From Campylobacterota bacterium (GTDB lineage Bacteria > Campylobacterota > Campylobacteria > Campylobacterales > Sulfurovaceae), in assembly GCA_034721895.1 (NCBI GenBank), contig JAYEND010000099.1:521-64520 (forward strand): 64,000 nucleotides of DNA. Reading direction: 5' to 3'. Positions 28,334 to 47,241 of the stretch are shown here, piece by piece. Both the position numbers and the translations under genes were made by a program. How positions within the stretch are numbered: the first letter of the stretch is position 1; every line of letters starts with the position of its first letter. The notes under the pieces are model-generated. The model did no database searches and was not told the origin of the DNA. It saw only the letters and a list, made by a program, of their open reading frames with translations.

Positions 28334-28707
28334 AGTACGGAGAACAAGAGATCAAAGAGTTTGATATCAATGCAGAAGAGCACTACTGGCCCAATGAGCA
28401 CAAAAAAAACTATGTGATCAACATCAACCTTCCGGAATTTATGTGCCGATGCCCACGTTCAGGATACCCGGATTTCGCAACAGTCAAACTCTCTTACACG
28501 CCGTCAGAGCGAGTGATCGAACTCAAAGCGATAAAACTCTACATTAACAGTTTCAGCGATCGGTACATTTCCCATGAGAACTCTGCCAACGAAATCTATG
28601 ACACACTTTATGGAAAACTCAAGCCCAAATGGATGAAACTCACTGCGGATTTCAACCCAAGAGGCAATGTCCATACAGTGATCGAGATAGACAGCAGTAA
28701 GAACTAA
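28330..28707 (+). CDS. queF: NADPH-dependent 7-cyano-7-deazaguanine (preQ0) reductase, type I
   Basis: 125 aa with CPRSGYPDFATV and the QueF motif ELKAIKLY. Start overlaps the upstream stop (ATGA). Confidence 0.9.
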   Translation: MKYGEQEIKEFDINAEEHYWPNEHKKNYVININLPEFMCRCPRSGYPDFATVKLSYTPSERVIELKAIKLYINSFSDRYISHENSANEIYDTLYGKLKPKWMKLTADFNPRGNVHTVIEIDSSKN

Positions 28708-28826
28708 CACTTTTTCAACCGGGAAATATATCAATTTGACAGACATTTCCCTCTCCTCCTCAAAAAACTACTATCATAACAGGAAAATTGCCTCAGCACA
28801 CTATTGCGTGCCGCAAAAGGAGCCCT

Positions 28827-29060
28827 ATGATAACATTCGACGACGTCATGCTGCGAATCAAACAAATTATCGCTGCAAACAAAGAAAAGCAGAGAATCTA
28901 CAACAAAGAGATCGCCCAGGCACTTGGTCTGACTCCGGAATACTTTGCCGTCATCAAAAAAAGAGGGAAAATTCCCTATGAAGCCATTGCCACCTTCTGC
29001 CGGAACAGGAAAATCAGTATCAACTGGGTACTCTTCGGGCAGGAACCCAAAAAACTTTAG
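28827..29060 (+). CDS. stand-alone phage-CI-type HTH protein
   Basis: 77 aa from ATG 28827 (SD AAAGGAG). MITFDDVMLRIKQII...IAQALGLTPEYFAVIKKRGKIPYEAIATFCRNRKISINWVLFGQ parallels the N-terminus of the S24 repressor at 53879-54532. Confidence 0.6.
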   Translation: MITFDDVMLRIKQIIAANKEKQRIYNKEIAQALGLTPEYFAVIKKRGKIPYEAIATFCRNRKISINWVLFGQEPKKL

Positions 29061-29161
29061 GGCACCTCTAGCATAAAGAAAAAAAAATACTCTGCTTGAA
29101 TATCTTCTTTTTCCCTGCTATAATTATTACCGCACCAACTAAATATACCAAAGGAGAGTCA

Positions 29162-29503
29162 ATGAGTCAACAAACAGAAAAGATCGCACACTATGTGGCT
29201 GCCAACAAAGAGTTAAATCTGGGATTGAGTGAAGAGCTCATTACCAAAGTCACTGTTGGCTTGGGACCATCAATATACAAGCATGATTCCGAAACAGTCG
29301 CATGCAGCAACAGCAGCGAGGTCGATACTGTCCGTGAGAACTTTCTCAAGAATAAATTGGGACTGACACAGTCGGATGATGAACTCAATGCCGCTATCCA
29401 AAATGTATGTGAAATGATGGGAACTTCCAATAAACACAAATATAGAGCACTTTTTTATGCACTCTTGGCTAAAAATTTTGGTAAAGTATCTGTTTACGCA
29501 TAA
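29162..29503 (+). CDS. DUF2853-family protein
   Basis: 113 aa from ATG 29162 (SD AAAGGAGAG). ...KVTVGLGPSIYKHDSETVACSNSSEVDTVRENFLKNKLGL...NKHKYRALFYALLAKNFGK matches my memory of DUF2853. Confidence 0.55.
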   Translation: MSQQTEKIAHYVAANKELNLGLSEELITKVTVGLGPSIYKHDSETVACSNSSEVDTVRENFLKNKLGLTQSDDELNAAIQNVCEMMGTSNKHKYRALFYALLAKNFGKVSVYA

Positions 29504-29630
29504 GCGGACATTGATACGCTCGTACACCAAGGTAATAAAATTATAGGCTGATATGTATTATTTCGCAGTAGTTTACTGTTGATTTGGGTGAATATAGTTT
29601 GTGAAAGTGAGAGAGTTTACTGATAGTACA

Positions 29631-29658
29631 GGTCGAATGGAGCAGGCTCCATTCGACC
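29631..29658. terminator. bidirectional stem-loop between convergent DUF2853 gene and fusA
   Basis: GGTCGAATGGAGC / GCTCCATTCGACC, an 11-13 bp near-perfect stem. Confidence 0.55.
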
Positions 29659-29687
29659 GGAGATGCAGTGCAATACTGCGAAAGAAA

Positions 29688-31769
29688 CTAGCCGTTTCTC
29701 TTTTCGATGATCTCTTTGGCAACATTCTGAGGAACCTCTTCATAGTGATCAAATTCCATGGCATAAGTTGCACGTCCCTGAGTCATTGATCTCAGGTCAG
29801 TGGAGTAACCGAACATTTCGGAGAGTGGCACAAAGGCATCAACGATCTTGTTGCCGGATCTGTCGCCCATACCGCTGACCTGTCCACGTCTCTTGGAAAT
29901 GTCACCGATGACATCACCCATATAGTCTTCAGGTACTTCAACTTCGACTTTCATCATCGGTTCAAGGATGACAGGATTTGCTTCTCTACAACCTTCTCTG
30001 AATCCCATAGAACCGGCAAGTTTAAATGCCATCTCGGAGGAGTCAACATCGTGGAATGATCCATCATAAAGTGTCACCTTGACATCTTCGATAGGATATC
30101 CGGCCTGGATACCTCTACCCATCGCTTCAACGATACCTTTGTTGACAGCAGGGATAAATTCTTTTGGAATAACCCCGCCTTTGATAGAGTCGATGAACTC
30201 ATAACCTTCACCAGGCTCTTGCGGCTCAATCTTGAGATAGACATGACCAAACTGACCACGACCACCAGACTGCTTGGCATACTTATACTCTTTGTCAACC
30301 GCTTTTCTGATCGTTTCACGGTAAGCAACCTGCGGTGCACCGACTTCAGCATCGACATTAAACTCTCTCATCATTCTATCGACAAGGATTTCGAGGTGAA
30401 GCTCACCCATTCCAGAGATGATCGTCTGTCCGGATTCTTCATCAGTTGCAACACGGAATGAAGGGTCTTCCTGTGCCAATTTACCGAGTGCAATACCCAT
30501 TTTTTCCTGGTCTGCTTTGGTTTTTGGTTCAACCGCTACCGAGATAACCGGATCCGGGAATTCCATTCTCTCCAAAATAACTTTGTCTTTTTCACCGGCA
30601 AGCGTATCTCCTGTCAGTGTAGATTTCAATCCGACAACCGCACCGATCTCACCGGCATAAAGGGAATCAACCTCTTCTCTCTTAATGGCATGCATCTTGA
30701 GGAGACGGCCGATACGCTCTTTTTTGCCTTTGGTTGTATTATAAACATACGAACCGGACTTAAGTACACCGCGATAAACACGGACAAATGTCAACTGACC
30801 GACAAACGGGTCTGTCATGATCTTGAATCCAAGCGCAGCAAATTCGCCATCATCAGTAGATTCTACAGTCGTTTCTTCACCATCCTCATATTCACCTCTG
30901 ATCTCATGCACTTCAGTAGGAGCAGGAAGATAATCCACAACAGCATCAAGCAGTGTCTGTACCCCTTTGTTCTTAAAGGCAGTACCGCAAGTCATCGGGA
31001 TCATAGTGATCGCCAAAGTTGCCGCTTTGATACCTGCTTTGATCTCTTCTTCTGTAAGTTCTTCGCCCTCCATGAATTTCTCCATGAGTGTGTCGTCAGT
31101 TTCAGAGATCGCTTCGATCAACTTCTCTCTATACTCTTCAGCCAACTCAACAAGATCCTCAGGAATATCGACAACTTCGAACTCTTGTCCCATTTTACTC
31201 TGATCATCGCCCCAGATAGTTGCCTTCATTGTTACAAGGTCTATAACTCCCTGGAAATTTTCCTCAGCACCGATAGGAAGCTGAATGGGAACTGCATTTG
31301 ACTTCAATCTTTCATTGATTTGTCTCTCAACTTCATAAAAATCAGAACCTGTTCTGTCCATTTTGTTGACAAATACCATTCGGGGAACCATATATCTGTT
31401 TGCTTGTCTCCAAACTGTCTCAGACTGAGGCTGAACTCCACCGACTGAACAGAATACGGCGACAGCACCATCGAGAACTCTCATAGAACGTTCAACTTCA
31501 ATCGTAAAGTCAACGTGGCCCGGAGTGTCGATGATATTGATCTGGTGGCCTTCCCATTCACAAGTTGTCGCAGCTGAAGTGATCGTGATCCCTCTCTCCT
31601 GCTCCTGCTCCATCCAGTCCATTGTCGCTGCACCGTCGTGTACTTCACCGATCTTATGTGAAACACCGGTGTAGAAAAGGATTCTTTCCGTTGTGGTTGT
31701 TTTTCCTGCATCAATGTGCGCAGCGATACCGATATTTCTTACTTTGTCAAGTGGATGTGATCTTGCCAT
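29688..31769 (-). CDS. fusA: elongation factor G
   Basis: 693 aa with [20 protein letters not shown] and DTPGHVDF; full-length EF-G. Confidence 0.98.
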   Translation of the reverse strand: MARSHPLDKVRNIGIAAHIDAGKTTTTERILFYTGVSHKIGEVHDGAATMDWMEQEQERGITITSAATTCEWEGHQINIIDTPGHVDFTIEVERSMRVLDGAVAVFCSVGGVQPQSETVWRQANRYMVPRMVFVNKMDRTGSDFYEVERQINERLKSNAVPIQLPIGAEENFQGVIDLVTMKATIWGDDQSKMGQEFEVVDIPEDLVELAEEYREKLIEAISETDDTLMEKFMEGEELTEEEIKAGIKAATLAITMIPMTCGTAFKNKGVQTLLDAVVDYLPAPTEVHEIRGEYEDGEETTVESTDDGEFAALGFKIMTDPFVGQLTFVRVYRGVLKSGSYVYNTTKGKKERIGRLLKMHAIKREEVDSLYAGEIGAVVGLKSTLTGDTLAGEKDKVILERMEFPDPVISVAVEPKTKADQEKMGIALGKLAQEDPSFRVATDEESGQTIISGMGELHLEILVDRMMREFNVDAEVGAPQVAYRETIRKAVDKEYKYAKQSGGRGQFGHVYLKIEPQEPGEGYEFIDSIKGGVIPKEFIPAVNKGIVEAMGRGIQAGYPIEDVKVTLYDGSFHDVDSSEMAFKLAGSMGFREGCREANPVILEPMMKVEVEVPEDYMGDVIGDISKRRGQVSGMGDRSGNKIVDAFVPLSEMFGYSTDLRSMTQGRATYAMEFDHYEEVPQNVAKEIIEKRNG

Positions 31770-31780
31770 ACTTTACTTCC

Positions 31781-32257
<477 letters not shown>

Positions 32258-32367
32258 TCAATCTTTTACATTTGATTTACTCAAGTCTTGTCCCCTAAGG
32301 ATTGCCGACAACACCTGCATAAGTCTATCACTAGACTAAACTTTACGACTTTAAAACTAACTATTTA

Positions 32368-32739
32368 CTATTTAGGTTTTTTAGTACCGTATTTAGAACG
32401 AGCTACTCTTCTGTTCGCAACACCTGATGTATCAAGCGCACCACGAACGATGTGATACTTCACACCCGGCAAATCTTTGACCCTGCCGCCTCTTACGAGC
32501 ACAATTGAGTGCTCCTGAAGGTTGTGACCCTCTCCACCGATGTATGAAATTACTTCAAATCCGCTGGTCAATCTAACTTTGGCAACTTTTCTCAATGCTG
32601 AGTTAGGTTTCTTTGGAGTTGTTGTATAAACTCTGGTACAAACACCTCTTCTTTGAGGACACTTTACAAGTGCTGGTGATTTTGATTTTTTGATCACCTT
32701 TTTACGCTCTTTGCGAATCAACTGGTTAATGGTTGGCAA
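32368..32739 (-). CDS. rpsL: 30S ribosomal protein S12
   Basis: 123 aa, [14 protein letters not shown]...[16 protein letters not shown]. Confidence 0.98.
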   Translation of the reverse strand: MPTINQLIRKERKKVIKKSKSPALVKCPQRRGVCTRVYTTTPKKPNSALRKVAKVRLTSGFEVISYIGGEGHNLQEHSIVLVRGGRVKDLPGVKYHIVRGALDTSGVANRRVARSKYGTKKPK

Positions 32740-32927
32740 ATCGTTTTCCTTTCTATGTATTTTATTTTCATAACTGAGTATGAGAATTTAAATCTGGGCT
32801 ATTACACCTCAAAAAAGGGCTTTTTTCAAAGAAAATCGGATGAAATTGCACTTTATTGAAATGTATAGTCAGAAAAATGGAGGCATATTATAGTTAAAAT
32901 AACTTTACTTAAACTTATATATTAATG

Positions 32928-32963
32928 TTCGGCTTCTCCCTCTCACTGGTGGAAGAAGCCGAA
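32928..32963 (-). terminator. stem-loop immediately downstream of rpoC
   Basis: TTCGGCTTCT (32928-37) / AGAAGCCGAA (32954-63), a 10-bp stem 5 nt after the rpoC stop. No strong U-tract. Confidence 0.45.
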
Positions 32964-32968
32964 ATTAC

Positions 32969-41651
<8,683 letters not shown>

Positions 41652-41774
41652 CTAACCTTATAGGGTTTGTAGTTTATGGATGTATTAAAGGATATACAAA
41701 AAAACTATTGTAAAGAGCGTAAATATTAACCCTTAATAGTTTGTCACTATATCCCACTGGGATATTTGGAGTAT

Positions 41775-41809
41775 CTTGCAGGTCTGGTATTCAGAGCCGG
41801 ACCTGCAAG
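41775..41809 (-). promoter_or_regulatory. stem-loop in rplL-rpoB spacer (attenuator/processing-site candidate)
   Basis: CTTGCAGGTC...GGACCTGCAAG, a 10-11 bp stem. The position is analogous to the E. coli rplL-rpoB attenuator. No U-tract. Confidence 0.4.
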
Positions 41810-41817
41810 ATGGAAAA

Positions 41818-42192
41818 TTATTTAAGTTCGCAAGAAGCGCCGGCTTCTTCGATCTGCTTTTTGAACTCTTCAGCTTCCTCTTTGGAAACATTTTCTTTAA
41901 GAACACTTGGAGTCTCTTCAACTGCAGTTTTAGCCTCTTTGAGGCCAAGACCGGTGATTGCCCTAACCACTTTAATTGCATTGATTTTCTTCGCACCGGC
42001 GTCAGTCAATACAACAGTAAATTCAGTTTGCTCTTCAACAGCAGCACCTGCATCAGCAGCTCCGCCACCAGCAACTACAGTTGCTTGTGCAGATACGCCA
42101 AATTTTTCTTCGAATTCTTTTACAAGCTCAGAAAGCTCAAGAACAGACATGTTAGAGATAAATTCAATTACATCTTCTTTAGTTGTTGCCAT
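41818..42192 (-). CDS. rplL: 50S ribosomal protein L7/L12
   Basis: 124 aa, ...[14 protein letters not shown]...[21 protein letters not shown]. Confidence 0.98.
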   Translation of the reverse strand: MATTKEDVIEFISNMSVLELSELVKEFEEKFGVSAQATVVAGGGAADAGAAVEEQTEFTVVLTDAGAKKINAIKVVRAITGLGLKEAKTAVEETPSVLKENVSKEEAEEFKKQIEEAGASCELK

Positions 42193-42301
42193 TTTATTTC
42201 CTTAATTAGGTTCTAATATTTATAGTTATTAGTGCATCTATTGATACACTGTAGTGACCTGTGATACACTATAGTGGCCCGGGTCACACCATTCAGCTAT
42301 A

Positions 42302-42793
42302 TTAGGCTGAAGCTTCTTCTTCTCTTTTGGTAGCAAGCGCCTGAAGTCCGATCGTAAAGTTCTGAACCGGTGCATTCCAGACATTAAGCAACATACCAAG
42401 AAGTTCATCTCTGGTAGGAAGTTTAGCCATTGCATTGATCGTTTCCATGCTGGCAACTTCACCCTGGATCAAACCAGTTTTGATAGAGAAGTGCTCTTCA
42501 AATTCTGTTGCTGCTTTATCTGCGATCTTACAAGGAAGTACTTGTGTGTCACCCCAGATAACAAGGTTGGTATCTTTCAAATCAATTGCTTTACATCCTG
42601 CATTTTTCAATGCGATGGCGGCAAGTGTATTTTTAACAACCTTAACTTTACTCTCTTCATCTCTTGCAAGATTTCTTACAGTTTCAAGTTCAGCAACAGT
42701 CAGACCTTTATAATCACAAACGATAATTGCGCCGGCTTCTTTAAACTCGGCTGTCATCTCTGCGACCAACTCTTCTTTTTCTGTTCTTGTCAT
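42302..42793 (-). CDS. rplJ: 50S ribosomal protein L10
   Basis: 163 aa, MTRTEKEELVAEMTAEFKEAGAIIVCDYKGLTVAELETVR. Confidence 0.97.
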   Translation of the reverse strand: MTRTEKEELVAEMTAEFKEAGAIIVCDYKGLTVAELETVRNLARDEESKVKVVKNTLAAIALKNAGCKAIDLKDTNLVIWGDTQVLPCKIADKAATEFEEHFSIKTGLIQGEVASMETINAMAKLPTRDELLGMLLNVWNAPVQNFTIGLQALATKREEEASA

Positions 42794-42918
42794 TTTTTCT
42801 CCTTCCGACTTCTAACCGGGTTGTCTCCTCTCTCAGAGAAAACTGCTGTTGCAGGCAACAGCATTCATTAAGCTTCCGCCCCCGTTATCTTCAGCCTAAG
42901 ATTAAATCTGTTTTACGC
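42794..42918 (-). promoter_or_regulatory. rplJ 5' leader (candidate L10-leader autoregulatory RNA)
   Basis: 125-nt spacer between rplA and rplJ containing the hairpin GCTGTTGCCTGCAACAGC. Called by position only; not aligned to the Rfam model. Confidence 0.35.
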
Positions 42919-43623
42919 TTACTTGATCTCAGTCAGTTCAGCCGTATCAAGTGTGATGGATGGACTCATTGTCAAAGAGATCGCCGCATTGACAATAAAT
43001 TTTCCTTTTGCAGATGCCGGTTTCGCTTTGTTGATCGTTTCCATAAAGGTGATAAAGTTCTCTTTGATCTTTGCTTCATCAAAGCTGGCTTTGCCGATCC
43101 CTGCATGGATATTACCTTTTTTGTCGACTCTAAAGTTGACCTGACCGCCCTTGGCATCTTCAACCGCTTTTGTAACGTCCATTGTAACTGTTCCGGTTTT
43201 CGGGTTAGGCATCAAACCTTTTGGTCCGAGGATTCTTGCTACTTTACCCAGTACACCCATCATGTCAGGAGTAGAGATAACAGTATCAAAATCAAGGTTT
43301 CCAGCTTGTATCATCTCGATCAGTTCATCAGAACCAACCAGGTCAGCACCTGCCGCTTTTGCTTCATCAACTTTTTCGCCTTTTGCAAAGACTGCAACAC
43401 GAACTGTTTTACCTGTTCCGTTTGGAAGGACAACCGAACCTCTGATCATCTGATCTGCGTGTCTTGGGTCAACATTCAGGTTCAATGCGATTTCAACAGT
43501 CTCATCAAATTTTGCTGATTTAAGCCCTACGAGTGTACTCATTGCTTCATCAACACCATATGCTTTGGTTTTGTCAATTTTTTCTAATAGTTGTTGTGTT
43601 CTTTTACTTGTTTTCTTAGCCAT
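42919..43623 (-). CDS. rplA: 50S ribosomal protein L1
   Basis: [27 protein letters not shown]... I prefer the Met at 43623 over the ORF-track start 43650. Confidence 0.97.
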   Translation of the reverse strand: MAKKTSKRTQQLLEKIDKTKAYGVDEAMSTLVGLKSAKFDETVEIALNLNVDPRHADQMIRGSVVLPNGTGKTVRVAVFAKGEKVDEAKAAGADLVGSDELIEMIQAGNLDFDTVISTPDMMGVLGKVARILGPKGLMPNPKTGTVTMDVTKAVEDAKGGQVNFRVDKKGNIHAGIGKASFDEAKIKENFITFMETINKAKPASAKGKFIVNAAISLTMSPSITLDTAELTEIK

Positions 43624-43680
43624 TCTCTTCTCCGCTATATTTGCTCCCACATTCTTTTAAATCTATGTGGTCATTAAAGA

Positions 43681-44106
43681 TTAGTCTGTGATTTCTACAC
43701 CCATACTTCTACAAGATCCGGCAATAATTCTCGCCGCCATCTCTCTGTCATTCGTGTTAAGGTCAGCAATTTTCTGATCGATGATCTCGTCCAGTTTTGC
43801 TTTGCTGATAGATCCTACTTTGGTTGTAATAGGATTATCTGTACCTTTTTTGATACCGGCCGCTTTCATGATCAGGTCACTTGCCGGTGGCTGCTTGGTG
43901 ATGAATGTAAAACTTCTGTCTGTATAAACAGTGATCTCAACAGGGATTTTAAATCCCATTTTGTCTTTTGTTGTTTCGTTGAATGCTTTACAAAACTCCA
44001 TGATATTCACCCCGCGTTGTCCCAATGCAGGGCCAACAGGTGGTGATGGGTTTGCTGATCCGGCAGGGATCATCAGCTTGAATTTGTCAGCGATCTTTTT
44101 TGCCAT
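43681..44106 (-). CDS. rplK: 50S ribosomal protein L11
   Basis: 141 aa, ...[32 protein letters not shown]. Confidence 0.98.
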   Translation of the reverse strand: MAKKIADKFKLMIPAGSANPSPPVGPALGQRGVNIMEFCKAFNETTKDKMGFKIPVEITVYTDRSFTFITKQPPASDLIMKAAGIKKGTDNPITTKVGSISKAKLDEIIDQKIADLNTNDREMAARIIAGSCRSMGVEITD

Positions 44107-44132
44107 CTTTTCTTCCTTTGTTTAATTTGTAC

Positions 44133-44663
44133 CTAAATTATCTTCTCTACTTGTGTATAGAGTATCTCAACCGGAGTATTTCTACCAAATATTGAGACAT
44201 TGAGTTTAAGCTTTCCATGATCGAGATCATACTCTTCAACCATTCCTGTAAAGTTTGCAAATGGTCCATCAATAATACGCACCATTTCACCGGTTTCAAA
44301 GTCAACCTTTGGACGTGGAGCTGATTTTTGCTCCATCTTCTCAAGGATCTTTTGAATGTCCACTTCACTGAGTGGTGTCGGTGTTTTTTGCTCACCAATA
44401 AATCGTGAGACTCTTGGGAGGCTCTGGATCTTATGCCAAAGTGCCGTATCAAGATCAACATGGGCGAATGCATAGCCCGGATAGAGTGATCGTTCCGTGA
44501 TCTTCTTCTCTCCATTCTTGACTTCGATGACTTCTTCGGTAGGAACGACGATCTTATCGACTTTCTCTTCCATTCCATAGTCGATCGCCAGCTGTTCAAT
44601 CGCTCTTTTGACTGATTGTTCACTTCCTGCATAAGTTTGGATTGCATACCATTGATGGGCCAT
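44133..44663 (-). CDS. nusG: transcription termination/antitermination factor NusG
   Basis: 176 aa with MAHQWYAIQTYAGSEQSVK and a C-terminal KOW region GEMVRIIDGPFANFTG. Confidence 0.97.
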   Translation of the reverse strand: MAHQWYAIQTYAGSEQSVKRAIEQLAIDYGMEEKVDKIVVPTEEVIEVKNGEKKITERSLYPGYAFAHVDLDTALWHKIQSLPRVSRFIGEQKTPTPLSEVDIQKILEKMEQKSAPRPKVDFETGEMVRIIDGPFANFTGMVEEYDLDHGKLKLNVSIFGRNTPVEILYTQVEKII

Positions 44664-44671
44664 CTTTTATC

Positions 44672-44851
44672 CTATAAAACTGTTGAGACAATTGATGACA
44701 TTATGAGGTCAACCAATGCTAAAAATATTGATATAACAGTTACAACGAGAATAACCGCTAAAAATGCTTGTCTAACTTGTACTTTTGTCGGAAATATAAC
44801 TTTATGAATCTCTTCTCTAGCATGTGCTATAAATGTTGAAAGTTTTCCCAT
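44672..44851 (-). CDS. secE: preprotein translocase subunit SecE
   Basis: Hand-translated 59-aa ORF, below the ORF-track cutoff: MGKLSTFIAHAREEIHKVIFPTKVQVRQAFLAVILVVTVISIFLALVDLIMSSIVSTVL. Canonical position between tRNA-Trp and nusG. Confidence 0.85.
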   Translation of the reverse strand: MGKLSTFIAHAREEIHKVIFPTKVQVRQAFLAVILVVTVISIFLALVDLIMSSIVSTVL

Positions 44852-44869
44852 TATTGTTTACCTTAATTG

Positions 44870-44945
44870 TGGCAGGCCAAGAGGGACTCGAACCCCCGGC
44901 ACCTGGTTTTGGAGACCAGTGCTCTACCAACTGAGCTATTGGCCT
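44870..44945 (-). tRNA. tRNA-Trp (CCA)
   Basis: Reverse complement AGGCCAATAGCTCAGTTGGTAGAGC...CTCCAAA...GGTTCGAGTCC...TTGGCCTGCCA. Cloverleaf checked by hand; 3' CCA encoded. Confidence 0.93.
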
Positions 44946-44963
44946 AAAAAAGAGTGGAGCTTA

Positions 44964-45116
44964 TTACAGCTTCATCTCTTTGTGAACAGTATGTTCTTTA
45001 CACCATCTGCAATATTTCTTCAGTGCAAGTTTTTCTGTTGTTGTTTTTTTATTTTTTGTGGTGTGATAGTTACGTCTTGTGCACTTCTCACAACCTAAAT
45101 GAACTGTTTCTCTCAT
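44964..45116 (-). CDS. rpmG: 50S ribosomal protein L33
   Basis: Hand-translated 50-aa ORF: [50 protein letters not shown] (CxxC...CxxC form). Confidence 0.9.
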   Translation of the reverse strand: MRETVHLGCEKCTRRNYHTTKNKKTTTEKLALKKYCRWCKEHTVHKEMKL

Positions 45117-45167
45117 TGTGTCTCCTAGACGCTAAACTTACCAGAAGCCGAAGCCTCTGAGTAAACC

Positions 45168-46376
45168 TTATGCGATTACCTTGCTTACAACACCGGCACC
45201 AACTGTTCTACCACCTTCACGGATAGCAAATCTAGTACCTTCTTCAAGTGCTACTGGAGCGATAAGCTCAACATCGATTTTAACATTATCACCTGGCATA
45301 ACCATTTCAGTACCTTCCTGAAGGACAACTGAGCCTGTTACGTCTGTTGTACGTACATAAAACTGTGGTCTGTAGTTGTTAAAGAATGGAGTGTGTCTAC
45401 CACCTTCCTCTTTAGTCAATACATAAACTTCAGCTTCGAACTTGGTATGTGGCGTGATCGAACCTGGCTTACAAAGAACCATACCTCTTTGTACAGCTTC
45501 TTTGTCGATACCACGGATAAGAACACCACAGTTGTCACCGGCTTGACCGCAATCCATCTCTTTACGGAACATTTCAACACCGGTAACTGTAGTAGTCTGA
45601 GTATCTTTGATCCCAACGATCTCGATCTTATCATCTACACATACTGTACCTCTGTCGATCTTACCGGTAACAACTGTACCGCGGCCTTGGATAGAGAAGA
45701 TATCTTCGATTGGCATCAAGAACTCTTTGTCAGTCTCTCTTACCGGCTCAGGGATATAAGTATCAACCGCATCCATAAGTTCAATAATTTTTTCTGACCA
45801 TGGTCCGAGGGTACCACTTTTGGCTTCTTCGAGTGCCTGGAATGCAGAACCGGCAATGACTGGTGTATCATCGCCCGGGAATTCATACTCTGAAAGAAGT
45901 TCTCTTACTTCCATCTCTACAAGCTCAAGCATCTCTTCTTTATCTTCGTCATCCAATTGGTCTTCTTTGTTCAAGAATACAACGATGTAAGGTACACCAA
46001 CCTGACGAGAAAGAAGGATATGCTCTCTGGTTTGTGCCATTGGACCATCAGTCGCAGCAATAACAAGGATCGCTCCATCCATTTGAGCGGCACCGGTAAT
46101 CATGTTCTTGACATAGTCGGCGTGACCTGGACAGTCAACGTGAGCATAGTGACGAATATCAGTTTCGTATTCTACGTGAGAAGTAGCGATCGTGATCCCT
46201 CTTTCTCTCTCTTCCGGAGCATTATCAATTGCATCATAATCCATAAGTGCTGTATTGTTTTTAGTTGCAAGTACAGCAGTAATTGCAGCAGTAAGTGTTG
46301 TTTTACCGTGGTCAACGTGACCGATTGTACCGATATTTACATGCGGTTTAGTTCGTTCAAATTTTTCTTTAGCCAT
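45168..46376 (-). CDS. tuf: elongation factor Tu
   Basis: 402 aa with [32 protein letters not shown] and DCPGHADY. Confidence 0.99.
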   Translation of the reverse strand: MAKEKFERTKPHVNIGTIGHVDHGKTTLTAAITAVLATKNNTALMDYDAIDNAPEERERGITIATSHVEYETDIRHYAHVDCPGHADYVKNMITGAAQMDGAILVIAATDGPMAQTREHILLSRQVGVPYIVVFLNKEDQLDDEDKEEMLELVEMEVRELLSEYEFPGDDTPVIAGSAFQALEEAKSGTLGPWSEKIIELMDAVDTYIPEPVRETDKEFLMPIEDIFSIQGRGTVVTGKIDRGTVCVDDKIEIVGIKDTQTTTVTGVEMFRKEMDCGQAGDNCGVLIRGIDKEAVQRGMVLCKPGSITPHTKFEAEVYVLTKEEGGRHTPFFNNYRPQFYVRTTDVTGSVVLQEGTEMVMPGDNVKIDVELIAPVALEEGTRFAIREGGRTVGAGVVSKVIA

Positions 46377-46482
46377 CTTTTTCTCCTAGCTTTATGTTTA
46401 AAATTACGGCTGATATTATATCAGGTTTTACTCAATATTCCTTGAGAATATTTTAAAGTACTCTTCGGACCCCATACCCTCT

Positions 46483-46532
46483 ATATGGACAGAACTGCTA
46501 CAGGCTGCACCTGGTAGCACTTCTGTCCATAT
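46483..46532 (-). other. ~20-bp stem-loop between tRNA-Thr(GGU) and the tuf leader
   Basis: ATATGGACAGAA (46483-94) / TTCTGTCCATAT (46521-32), plus an inner 8-bp stem with one bulge. Candidate processing or terminator structure. Confidence 0.45.
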
Positions 46533-46536
46533 GTCG

Positions 46537-46611
46537 TGGAGCCCAGAAGCGGAATTGAACCGCCGACCTCTTCCTTACCAAGGAAGTGCTCTGCCTCTGA
46601 GCTATCTGGGC
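46537..46611 (-). tRNA. tRNA-Thr (GGU)
   Basis: Reverse complement GCCCAGATAGCTCAG...CTTCC-TTGGTAA-GGAAG...GGTTCAATTCC...TCTGGGCTCCA. Confidence 0.93.
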
Positions 46612-46717
46612 ATTGTTTTATCATATTTTATATAGTAATATATCAGGTTTTTGAAAGCTTTTGAATGTGAAGTTATTTATCGTATGTTTAATGATAATTC
46701 ACACAGCTCCCAGTATA

Positions 46718-46794
<77 letters not shown>

Positions 46795-46817
46795 GTCGTT
46801 ATATATGACTCTTAAAA

Positions 46818-46903
46818 TGGTGGTGGGTGAAGGATTCGAACCTTCGAAGGTAAAAACCAGCAGATTTACAGTCTGCCCTCTTTGGCCGCTTGAGTAACCC
46901 ACC
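46818..46903 (-). tRNA. tRNA-Tyr (GUA), long variable arm
   Basis: Reverse complement GGTGGGTTACTCAAGCGG...GCAGA-CTGTAAA-TCTGC...GGTTCGAATCCTTCACCCACCACCA. Confidence 0.9.
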
Positions 46904-46953
46904 CTACCAAGTTATCATCATTGATTACTGGTCAAACACTGATAATTATTTTG

Positions 46954-47030
46954 TGGAGCTGGTGAAGGGACTTGAACCCCCGACCTGCTGATTACAAATC
47001 AGCTGCTCTAGCCAACTGAGCTACACCAGC
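46954..47030 (-). tRNA. tRNA-Thr (UGU)
   Basis: Reverse complement GCTGGTGTAGCTCAGTTGG...GCTGA-TTTGTAA-TCAGC...GGTTCAAGTCC...CACCAGCTCCA. Confidence 0.93.
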
Positions 47031-47241
47031 ACTCCGGCATTTGAAGCCATATAGACTAAAAATGGAACGCAATTATAGGGAAAAAGCCAGATAATGTCAA
47101 GGGATATTTGTGCTTTTTTCAAAAAATCTTTATTTTTCTAAAATTTTGCTATATTACGTCATCTATTTAACAAGATTGTTAAAATAGCTATAACTAAAGG
47201 CACGAATAGATTTCAATGTGCCTCATATAGGCTTTGGTCGA

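Noticed and set aside
41741-42216. Two plus-strand ORFs (154 and 146 aa) antisense to rplL
   Set aside because: This is an artefact of the GCN/GAA-rich codon usage of L7/L12, which leaves both antisense frames open.
44147-44647. 166-aa same-strand alternative-frame ORF spanning almost all of nusG
   Set aside because: The translation is highly basic and low-complexity, and nusG in the other frame is unambiguous. There is no evidence for overlapping coding.
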